A stretch of DNA of 32,000 bases from Pseudidiomarina andamanensis (GTDB lineage: Bacteria > Pseudomonadota > Gammaproteobacteria > Enterobacterales > Alteromonadaceae), in NCBI RefSeq assembly GCF_009734345.1, contig NZ_CP032551.1, positions 1,800,001 to 1,832,000 on the forward strand, in the 5' to 3' direction. A program made the position numbers and the translations under genes. This document shows, one piece after another, positions 24,383 to 32,000 of this stretch. The notes beneath the pieces were generated by a model. That model worked only from the letters and a program-made list of their open reading frames with translations. It was not told the DNA's origin and did no database searches. Within the stretch, counting starts at the first letter, position 1. Every line of letters starts with the position of its first letter.

Positions 24383-24397
24383 AACTGGATATTTTAT

Positions 24398-24760
24398 ATG
24401 AACCTCTCAAAAGATCTCATGGCGGCCTCTTCCACACCCATCGTTTTGGGCGTTATTGCTGAAGGCGAAACCTATGGCTATGAAATTGTAAAACGCGTTG
24501 AAGAGCTCTCAGGTGGTGCCCTTCAGTGGACTGACGGCATGTTGTACCCGTTACTTCATCGACTCGAAAAACAAGGCTATTTAGGCTCCCGCTGGCTGGT
24601 CGGTGACTCCAATAGAAAGCGCAAATACTACGCTATTACCGACGAGGGTATTGCCGCTTTGAATGAACAACGCCAGCAATGGCAAGTAATTAACAATGCG
24701 CTCAACCAAATTTGGCGCGATATGACACGGAGCGATGACCATGATGTCCAATTCGTCTAA
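24398..24760 (+). CDS. PadR-family transcriptional regulator
   Basis: Winged-helix motif ETYGYEIVKRVEELSGGALQWTDGMLYPLLHRLEKQGYLGSRW....KRKYYAITDEG. Confidence 0.88.
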   Translation: MNLSKDLMAASSTPIVLGVIAEGETYGYEIVKRVEELSGGALQWTDGMLYPLLHRLEKQGYLGSRWLVGDSNRKRKYYAITDEGIAALNEQRQQWQVINNALNQIWRDMTRSDDHDVQFV

Positions 24761-26099
24761 TCAACCCTTTGAACTTGAGCAAAACATTGCGCAGTGGCGC
24801 GAATTTGTCCTTCGGCGTGCCGCTATTCTTGAAGAAGATGCTGATGAACTCGAAAGCCATTTGCGCGACCAAATTGACGCGTTATTAGAGCGCGGGTTGC
24901 ACGCCGATGAAGCGTTCCTTGTCGCCACTAAACGCATTGGTAATCTTGAGGCCGTATCGAAAGAGTATGCTGAAGTGCATGCGGGGAGACTGTGGCGCAA
25001 TATTGTTTGGGGCACTGATAAACCGTCATGGAACACCGACTTTTATCTTGCCTTACTGCTGGCGTGTTGCGCGGCGGTGCTATTTCACTTGCCCAAACTG
25101 TTTGGAGTCACGCCCGAAACCCACGAATGGGTATTTGCACGCAATTTCACCTTGTTCTGCTTGCCTATGCTCGGCGCTTATTACGTGGTGAAGCATCAAC
25201 TTGGGCAACGCGGCTGGTACTGGTTAGTTGGTGCTTCTCTGGGAATTGCTACGGTGATAAATTTGATGCCCTGGCAAGCCGAGTCGGCAACACAATCGCT
25301 AAGTCTAATTCATCTCCCCCTATTACTCTGGTTTCTAGTTGGCGTTCTCTACACCGGCAACTGGTGGCAAACCGATGGGCGACGCATGGACTTTGTTCGC
25401 TACTCGGGTGAATACGCTATTTATTTTGTATTGCTAGCGCTGGGTGGTATGACGTTAATCGTCTTAACGAATGGCATGTTTTGGTTGATTGGCATGAACA
25501 TCGAGTGGTTTACGCATCAATGGCTACTACCTAGTGGTGTTATGGGAGCCGTGATTATTGTCGGCTGGTTAGTTGAAGCAAAACAGGGCGCGGTTGAGAA
25601 TATGGCACCTGTACTGGCTCGCATTTTCACACCTTTATTCACCTTATTGATGCTGACGTTTTTAGTGATCATGTTCGTCACCGGGCGCAGTTTTGATGTT
25701 GAACGAGAGCTTTTAATTGGTCTTGATGCGCTGTTGATTGTGGTGTTGGGCTTGGTCTTGTACGCGGTGTCGTCTCGCGAATCAAACAAAGCACCTAGCA
25801 TTTTTGATCGCCTACAATGGCTGCTCATTGTGTCGGCATTATTGGTTGATGTGTTGGCATTAGTCGCTATCGGTGGCCGCATTGCCGACATGGGCTTTAC
25901 CGCCAACCGTACCGCAGCAATGGGCGAAAACCTCATATTATTGGTTAGTTTAAGCGGTTACGCTTGGTTGTACTGGCGGTTTATACGCGGCCAACGTTCA
26001 TTTGCTCTACTGGAGCAATGGCAAACTCGGTTCATTCCCGTGTACGCCATTTGGGCTGCAATTGTCGTGTTTCTATTCCCACTGGTGTTTGGGTTCTAG
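24735..26099 (+). CDS. Polytopic membrane protein (about 10 TM) with an N-terminal cytoplasmic helical domain, coupled to PadR; possibly DUF4153-like
   Basis: It overlaps the padR end by up to 26 nt. The N-terminal roughly 90 aa soluble helical region (ELESHLRDQIDALLERGLHADEAFLVATKRIG) resembles the 'permease prefix'/DUF1700-type domains found next to PadR genes. The remainder is hydrophobic. Confidence 0.7.
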   Translation: MTMMSNSSNQPFELEQNIAQWREFVLRRAAILEEDADELESHLRDQIDALLERGLHADEAFLVATKRIGNLEAVSKEYAEVHAGRLWRNIVWGTDKPSWNTDFYLALLLACCAAVLFHLPKLFGVTPETHEWVFARNFTLFCLPMLGAYYVVKHQLGQRGWYWLVGASLGIATVINLMPWQAESATQSLSLIHLPLLLWFLVGVLYTGNWWQTDGRRMDFVRYSGEYAIYFVLLALGGMTLIVLTNGMFWLIGMNIEWFTHQWLLPSGVMGAVIIVGWLVEAKQGAVENMAPVLARIFTPLFTLLMLTFLVIMFVTGRSFDVERELLIGLDALLIVVLGLVLYAVSSRESNKAPSIFDRLQWLLIVSALLVDVLALVAIGGRIADMGFTANRTAAMGENLILLVSLSGYAWLYWRFIRGQRSFALLEQWQTRFIPVYAIWAAIVVFLFPLVFGF

Positions 26100-26107
26100 C
26101 GGCAGAA

Positions 26108-27031
26108 TTAATGATCGTGGTCATGGTCGTGATGGTGATGGTGATGAACACTCCCATCACGACAAATTTCACCAGGCAGTTCCAGTTCAATGGTGGTGTG
26201 ACTCAACTGAAACGGCAGCAGGGCTTTGTCTATGGCGTCTTTCAAATAGCGGCGTTGCTCACTTTCAATATCTTCATCAAGCACCAAATGTGCGGTTAAT
26301 ACGTGATGTTCACCGTCAAGCGACCAAAAATGAAGGTGATGCACGTCTACCACATTCGGTAATTGCTTCAAGGTTGCGGTGACGGTTTCCACCGTGCCAT
26401 TGTCCGGCGCGGCTTGGAAAAATAAGCGGGCGGTTTCGTGCAAGTTGCGAATCACGTTAAACAAAATGAACACCGTGAAGGCAATGGAAAGCAGCGGATC
26501 GAGAATCGGCCAATCCACAAATAATAGCACGATGCCGACAATCAGCACCGCAACCCAGCCCAGCACATCTTCCATTAAGTGCCAGTTGATCACACGTTCA
26601 TTTAAGCTTTTACCTTTCGACAGTTTAAACGCGGCAAAGCCATTTACCGCAATGCCGAGAACTGCTAATGCAATCATGCCATCAGCCATAGGCATTTGTG
26701 GGTTCCACAGGCGTGGAATTGCTTCAACTAAGACCCAAGTCGAGCCAATAATTAGCACCACCGCGTTAATAAAGGCGCCCGCCAAACTCAACCGGCGATA
26801 CCCATAGGTAAACTGATTATTCGCGCGCTTACGGCCTAATTTGTTGAGTATCCACGCCATACCCAGTGATAAGCTATCGCCCAAATCATGTACCGCATCT
26901 GCCAAAATAGCCGTACTGTTGGTTAGCACACCACCAACAAATTCAATAATGGTGAAACAAAAGTTAAGCAAAAACGCCCAACCAAGACGTTCCGATGCCA
27001 TATCTTTGCTGTGATCGTGATGGTGTCCCAT
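26108..27031 (-). CDS. Cation diffusion facilitator (CzcD/ZitB-type Zn/Co/Cd efflux) with His-rich termini
   Basis: Six TMs with HDLGD in TM2 and a HLMED-type site in TM5. The N-terminus is MGHHHDH and the C-terminus is HHHHHHDHDHDH. Confidence 0.88.
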   Translation of the reverse strand: MGHHHDHSKDMASERLGWAFLLNFCFTIIEFVGGVLTNSTAILADAVHDLGDSLSLGMAWILNKLGRKRANNQFTYGYRRLSLAGAFINAVVLIIGSTWVLVEAIPRLWNPQMPMADGMIALAVLGIAVNGFAAFKLSKGKSLNERVINWHLMEDVLGWVAVLIVGIVLLFVDWPILDPLLSIAFTVFILFNVIRNLHETARLFFQAAPDNGTVETVTATLKQLPNVVDVHHLHFWSLDGEHHVLTAHLVLDEDIESEQRRYLKDAIDKALLPFQLSHTTIELELPGEICRDGSVHHHHHHDHDHDH

Positions 27032-27041
27032 AGTTTTTCCG

Positions 27042-27290
27042 TTAGCGCTTCATCATGAGTGTTTTTAGCATGTCATCACCGGTATCGGTGTTCAATGTAA
27101 TTAGCGACCAAACAGCTGATAGAACGAGAATAACCGTGTGCGTAATCCAACTATCGAAATTAATATCAACTACAAAGCTAATAAGCCACGCGCCCAAATA
27201 GGTGAGGCCAATACTTGGCACGCAGAAAATGGCGAAGGCTACCGAAACAATCACGGTAGCCAGTACAACGTTGAGTAATTTTTTTAGCAT
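27042..27290 (-). CDS. Small hypothetical membrane protein (about 3 TM)
   Basis: 82-aa hydrophobic ORF, 10 nt upstream of the CDF gene on the same strand. It has no recognisable motif. Confidence 0.5.
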   Translation of the reverse strand: MLKKLLNVVLATVIVSVAFAIFCVPSIGLTYLGAWLISFVVDINFDSWITHTVILVLSAVWSLITLNTDTGDDMLKTLMMKR

Positions 27291-27329
27291 GAATAAACTT
27301 TAAGTATTAAGGTTTTGAAGGCCAGAATA

Positions 27330-27815
27330 CTATGTATCTGGGTTGTTGACTATCAACCAAACAAACACGCAGCTCGCGAAATACTGAAAGGCACCCGTTA
27401 ACGACATGCCTCCAGCTTGGGTTTGCCACATTTGCATGAGCGCGCCGCCGAATACACCAAAATAACCAAACCAAACGACAATGCCAACGCCTGCACCGTA
27501 GAGTGCGAACGCTTTGCGCTGATTAAATTCTTTTGCTGCCGCCTTACGAGCTTGCCACATTTGCCAACAGCCAATAAATAACAACAACGCCGCAATTAAT
27601 TCGCTCGTGATAATGACAACCACTGCCGTCCATACGACCGATGGCGCTGTTATTGCAGGAAAAATTGAGTGTGGATATACGCTATGGTCAGCGAGAGAGA
27701 GTACGTACGCTATGGCAGCATAGCATGCTTCTATATTGGCAATATTTTGTAGCGCATAGAGCAGAGCCATAAGCCCAAGGAGTAAAACGAAAATACATTT
27801 AAAGGTGCGGATCAT
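27330..27815 (-). CDS. Small integral membrane protein (DUF2165-like)
   Basis: 161 aa with 4 TMs. The overall pattern resembles DUF2165 proteins as I remember them. This is a weak family call. Confidence 0.6.
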   Translation of the reverse strand: MIRTFKCIFVLLLGLMALLYALQNIANIEACYAAIAYVLSLADHSVYPHSIFPAITAPSVVWTAVVVIITSELIAALLLFIGCWQMWQARKAAAKEFNQRKAFALYGAGVGIVVWFGYFGVFGGALMQMWQTQAGGMSLTGAFQYFASCVFVWLIVNNPDT

Positions 27816-27892
27816 GAGATGCTCTCCGATACGTTGGGATTATTCCCGCCCCAAAGTATAGACACCTTTGAAAATTATGAACGCCGCGCAAT

Positions 27893-27916
27893 AAAAAGGG
27901 CTCCGAAGAGCCCTTT
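27893..27916 (-). terminator. Rho-independent terminator downstream of glmS
   Basis: AAGGGCTC-CGAA-GAGCCCTT, preceded on + by A5, which is a U-run on the minus transcript. Confidence 0.8.
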
Positions 27917-27934
27917 CATTTTTGAATCGTGTGA

Positions 27935-29767
27935 TTATTCAACCGTAACCGATTTTGCCAAGTTGCGCGGCTGATCCACGTCGGTGCCTTTGATGATGGC
28001 AACGAAGTAGGAGAGCAACTGAAGCGGAATGGTATATACAATTGGTGCAATTAGTTCGTCACAGTGCGTGACGTTGATGACGCGCATGCTGTCGTCGCCC
28101 TTGAAGTGGGCGTCTTTGTCGGCAAACACATACATGATGCCGCCACGAGCACGAACTTCTTCAACATTTGATTTAAGCTTCTCAAGCAATTCGTCGTTTG
28201 GTGCCACCACAATCACCGGCATATCAGCGTCAATGAGTGCCAATGGGCCGTGCTTCAATTCACCAGCTGCATATGCTTCCGCGTGAATATAAGAAATTTC
28301 TTTAAGTTTTAACGCACCTTCCATCGCAATGGGGTATTGCGTGCCACGGCCTAAGAACAAGCTATGGAACTTGTCCGCAAACTCAGGCGCTAAGGCTTCA
28401 ATGCGGTCACTTAACAATAACGCTTCTTCGAGCTTAGCTGGCAACGTTTTCAGCGATTTCAACACAGCTTCTTGTTGCGAAGCTGGCATACCGCGGAACT
28501 GACCTATGGCCAAGGTTAACATCAACAGCCCGACTAACTGGGTGGTGAATGCTTTGGTTGATGCCACGCCAATCTCGGTGCCGGCACGCGTCATATACGC
28601 TAAGTCTGATTCGCGCACCATTGATGAGGTACTGACGTTACAAATGGTCAGGCTGCCTTTGTAGCCTAACTCTTTGCTTAATCGCAGTGCCGCCAAGGTG
28701 TCCGCGGTTTCGCCAGACTGTGAAATGGTGACCAACAAGCTATTGGGATGCACGTGCGATTGGCGATAACGAAATTCAGAGGCAATTTCAACGTTACATG
28801 ACACGCCCGCCATAGATTCGAGCCAATAGCGCGCGACCATGCCCGCATGGTACGACGTACCACACGCCACAATTTGGACGTGCTCGATGTCTTTTAACAG
28901 CTCTAATGAGCCATTGCCGAACACATCGTCTGCTACATGACCATCAACAATACGGCCTTCTATAGCGTTGCGCACTGCGCTTGGCTGCTCATGAATTTCT
29001 TTGAGCATAAAGTGACGATACTCACCTTTACCACCAGCGTCATAGTTACCGTCTGATTCGTGAATTTCGCGTTCAACACGTTCGCCCTTAGCGTCATAAA
29101 CCTTCACTTCGGTGCGGTTAATGTCAGCCATGTCGCCTTCTTCGAGGTACATGAACTTTCGTGTTACGGGTAACAATGCGAGTTGGTCTGAGGCGACAAA
29201 GTTCTCGCCAATACCTAAACCAACTACCAACGGGCTACCCGAGCGAGCAACGACCAAACGACCAGGTTCACGGCAATCCATCACGACGGTACCGTAGGCG
29301 CCTTCAAGTTGTCGCACGGTGGCTTGCACAGCTTCAAATAAATCATCGTGGGTTTTACGTTCGTGATGCACTAAGTGACAAATCACTTCGGTGTCGGTAT
29401 CTGAGGCAAAGGTATAGCCTAAGCCTTTTAACTGCTCACGTAATTTATCGTGGTTTTCGATAATGCCGTTATGCACAACGGCAATGCAGTCTTCTGAAAT
29501 ATGCGGGTGAGCGTTTGCTTCGGTAACGCCGCCATGGGTTGCCCAACGGGTATGTGCGATACCAGTTGTGCCCGATAGTGGGTGCTCACCAACGGCATCT
29601 TTTAATGCCTGAACTTTACCAGTGCGGCGAACGCTCTCGATTACGCCTTGTTCGTTTAATACAGCCAAACCCGCAGAATCGTAACCGCGGTATTCAAGAC
29701 GCTTTAAACCTTCAATGAGAATTTCGCTAATACGGCGCTCTGAAGTTGCGCCAACAATTCCACACAT
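27935..29767 (-). CDS. glmS: Glutamine--fructose-6-phosphate aminotransferase
   Basis: N-terminal MCGIVGA nucleophile, two SIS domains and the C-terminal ...[10 protein letters not shown]. Length is 610 aa. Confidence 0.97.
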   Translation of the reverse strand: MCGIVGATSERRISEILIEGLKRLEYRGYDSAGLAVLNEQGVIESVRRTGKVQALKDAVGEHPLSGTTGIAHTRWATHGGVTEANAHPHISEDCIAVVHNGIIENHDKLREQLKGLGYTFASDTDTEVICHLVHHERKTHDDLFEAVQATVRQLEGAYGTVVMDCREPGRLVVARSGSPLVVGLGIGENFVASDQLALLPVTRKFMYLEEGDMADINRTEVKVYDAKGERVEREIHESDGNYDAGGKGEYRHFMLKEIHEQPSAVRNAIEGRIVDGHVADDVFGNGSLELLKDIEHVQIVACGTSYHAGMVARYWLESMAGVSCNVEIASEFRYRQSHVHPNSLLVTISQSGETADTLAALRLSKELGYKGSLTICNVSTSSMVRESDLAYMTRAGTEIGVASTKAFTTQLVGLLMLTLAIGQFRGMPASQQEAVLKSLKTLPAKLEEALLLSDRIEALAPEFADKFHSLFLGRGTQYPIAMEGALKLKEISYIHAEAYAAGELKHGPLALIDADMPVIVVAPNDELLEKLKSNVEEVRARGGIMYVFADKDAHFKGDDSMRVINVTHCDELIAPIVYTIPLQLLSYFVAIIKGTDVDQPRNLAKSVTVE

Positions 29768-29772
29768 ATCGC

Positions 29773-31137
29773 TTATCCTTTTTTCACTGGACGTTGCCAG
29801 CCACTAATATTCCGTTGTTTACCGCGCGCAACCGCTAGCTCTTCGTCTTCGACACTTTTGGTCACCGTTGACCCAGCGCCTACCGTTGCGTTTTTGCCAA
29901 CGCGAACCGGTGCAACTAATGAGCTATTTGAGCCGATAAATGCGCCATCATCAATCTCGGTCACAAATTTATTTACACCGTCGTAATTACAGGTGATAGT
30001 GCCCGCGCCTATGTTCACGCCAGCACCAATTTGTGCGTCACCAAGGTAGGTGAGGTGGCTCGCTTTTGAGCCTTTACCCATGCGCGTTTTCTTAATTTCG
30101 ACAAAGTTGCCAACTTGCACACCTTCGGCTAAGTCAGCACCTGGGCGTAAACGCGCAAACGGGCCAATGGCACAGTTCTCAGCTAACACAGCGTCTTCAA
30201 TGACACTATTGGCTTTCACGCGTGAACCGGCGCCAATTTTACAATTACGCAGTACACAGTTGCTTTCGATAACGACGCCTTCACCAAGTTCCACTCGGCC
30301 TTCAAAAATAACATTCACGTCAACCACAACGTCGTTGGCAATGATCACTTCACCGCGCACATCCACACGCGCTGGGTCCATCAATGTAGCGCCGTCTAAC
30401 ATGAGCTGTTCTGCTTGACGAGCTTGATAGGCACGCTCTAGTCCAGCTAGTTGCACGCGATTATTCGCACCTTCAACTTCGCTAATCGCTTGTGGCTGCG
30501 CCGTTGCAATGGTCACACCTTCGTCGGCTGCCATCGCCACAATATCGGTGAGATAGTATTCGCCTTGGGCGTTGTTGTTCGACAGATTGCTTAGCCAGCG
30601 TTTCAACGCAGCGCTGTTTACGGCCATCATGCCAGTGTTCACTTCGGTAATGGCTAATTGCTCTGAATTTGCGTCTTTTTGCTCAACAATACCTACGACA
30701 GCGCCATTCACATCGCGCACAATACGCCCATAACCGCTAGGATCAGGCAAGGTTACTGTCAACAACGCCAATTCGGTATTGGCCGCTGCGTCTAGTAAAA
30801 CGCGTAGCGTTTCTGTACGCGTAAGCGGAACGTCGCCGTATAAAATCAATACCGTTTCATTATCATCCAAATACGGCACGACTTGTTGCACAGCGTGGCC
30901 AGTACCTAATTGTTCGGCTTGCTCAACAAAATTCAATTGCTGCCCAGCAAGTTTATCCATTAATACATCGCCACCATGGCCATAAATAACGTGCACATGC
31001 GCAGGTGTTAAGGTGCGCGCGATATCAATCACGTGTTGAACCATCGGTTTATGGGCAACCGGATGCAGCACTTTCGGCAATGCCGAACGCATACGTGTGC
31101 CTTTACCTGCGGCGAGTACAACAACACTCAGAGACAT
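29773..31137 (-). CDS. glmU: Bifunctional UDP-N-acetylglucosamine pyrophosphorylase / GlcN-1-P acetyltransferase
   Basis: Motif [12 protein letters not shown], with a left-handed beta-helix hexapeptide repeat C-terminus. The ATG at 31137 has SD GGAAGGA. The track's 31161 start adds 8 aa. Confidence 0.95.
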   Translation of the reverse strand: MSLSVVVLAAGKGTRMRSALPKVLHPVAHKPMVQHVIDIARTLTPAHVHVIYGHGGDVLMDKLAGQQLNFVEQAEQLGTGHAVQQVVPYLDDNETVLILYGDVPLTRTETLRVLLDAAANTELALLTVTLPDPSGYGRIVRDVNGAVVGIVEQKDANSEQLAITEVNTGMMAVNSAALKRWLSNLSNNNAQGEYYLTDIVAMAADEGVTIATAQPQAISEVEGANNRVQLAGLERAYQARQAEQLMLDGATLMDPARVDVRGEVIIANDVVVDVNVIFEGRVELGEGVVIESNCVLRNCKIGAGSRVKANSVIEDAVLAENCAIGPFARLRPGADLAEGVQVGNFVEIKKTRMGKGSKASHLTYLGDAQIGAGVNIGAGTITCNYDGVNKFVTEIDDGAFIGSNSSLVAPVRVGKNATVGAGSTVTKSVEDEELAVARGKQRNISGWQRPVKKG

Positions 31138-31209
31138 GAATCCTTCCGTTTCTGTATTCAAAAAAGTTAATGGGCTATTTTAATGCTGTTTACAACAAAT
31201 TAACAGGCG

Positions 31210-31242
31210 AAAAAAAGACCCGCAAACCGAGATTTACGGGTC
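31210..31242 (-). terminator. Rho-independent terminator downstream of atpC
   Basis: AGACCCG...CGGGTCT stem, preceded on + by A7, which is a U-run on the minus transcript. Confidence 0.75.
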
Positions 31243-31271
31243 TTTTCATTTTCTTAAAGCTGGCGTGCTGA

Positions 31272-31688
31272 TTATTTACGCAATTTGCGAATAACCTGCA
31301 ACTGAGCCATCGCTCGAGCCAGTTCTGCTGCCGCTTCTGCGTAGCTTAAGTCAGAACTTTGATCTGCAATTGCTTCTTCAGCGTGTTTCTTGGCTTCAAG
31401 AGCTTTTTGTTCATCAAGCTCTTCACCACGAATGGCCGTATCAGCAAGGACCGAGACGTTATGCGGCTGCACTTCAAGCACACCACCAGCAACGTAGATG
31501 ATTTCTTCTTCGCCACCTTCTTTCACCACACGAACCATACCTGGCTTAATCGTGGTTAAAAGCGGGGCGTGACCTGGGTGAATACCCAGCTCACCTTCGC
31601 TACCGGTCACTTGCAGGGTCTCAACGGCACCAGAGAACAAACGTTCTTCGGCGCTGACCACATCAAGCTGTACAGTTTTAGCTGCCAT
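31272..31688 (-). CDS. atpC: F0F1 ATP synthase epsilon subunit
   Basis: Sequence [13 protein letters not shown].., with a C-terminal helical hairpin. It lies immediately downstream of atpD. Confidence 0.95.
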   Translation of the reverse strand: MAAKTVQLDVVSAEERLFSGAVETLQVTGSEGELGIHPGHAPLLTTIKPGMVRVVKEGGEEEIIYVAGGVLEVQPHNVSVLADTAIRGEELDEQKALEAKKHAEEAIADQSSDLSYAEAAAELARAMAQLQVIRKLRK

Positions 31689-31705
31689 TTAAACCTCCCG
31701 GTTTA

Positions 31706-32000
<295 letters not shown>

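Noticed and set aside
25028-26382. Several 110-140-aa ORFs (25028..25411 +, 25517..25936 -, 25964..26299 +, 26002..26382 +)
   Set aside because: All are nested in or antisense to the polytopic membrane gene or the CDF gene. Their Arg/Cys-rich compositions are implausible for real proteins.
30050-30418. 122-aa plus-strand ORF
   Set aside because: It is antisense to the hexapeptide-repeat region of glmU. The repetitive codon structure there commonly leaves the opposite strand open.

Overview
This window looks like core chromosome of a marine gammaproteobacterium. The Alteromonadales-like guess rests only on protein similarity and gene order and is not verified. Coding density is high. There are no rRNA or tRNA genes, CRISPR arrays, transposases, integrases or recognisable defence genes. 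The 3' end holds the origin-proximal block atpD(partial)-atpC-glmU-glmS on the minus strand. Other content, in order: a HisKA_3 kinase/NarL-type regulator pair; an M20 amidohydrolase; a divergent oxyR / ahpC-ahpD peroxide module; a periplasmic PQQ-dependent sugar dehydrogenase coupled to a TonB-dependent receptor; a DJ-1/PfpI protein; a YdbS/YdbT-like PH-domain pair; an ICMT-family methyltransferase; ChaC; a yccF/saccharopine-dehydrogenase-like/pldA/thioesterase operon; a BON lipoprotein; a YghU-type GST; a GlsB/YmgE stress protein; a PadR regulator with a coupled polytopic membrane protein; and a His-rich CDF metal exporter with two small membrane proteins. The best candidate for an undescribed system is a compact five-gene minus-strand cluster at 12115-18386. 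It encodes a periplasmic-sensor PAS/degenerate-GGDEF/EAL protein, a stand-alone receiver, a 257-aa outer-membrane barrel (YaiO-like), a membrane-anchored helical-repeat protein and a processive GT2 synthase. This looks like a c-di-GMP-linked, synthase-dependent exopolysaccharide secretion module without the usual Pga/Bcs/Pel/Alg partners. Other points worth a second look are an inverted pair of heptanucleotide tandem arrays around the amidohydrolase promoter/5'UTR, twin 21-bp palindromic operators upstream of padR, and the dehydrogenase-receptor coupling, which suggests PQQ scavenging. All functional calls come from reading the translated ORFs and from remembered family motifs. No searches were run.
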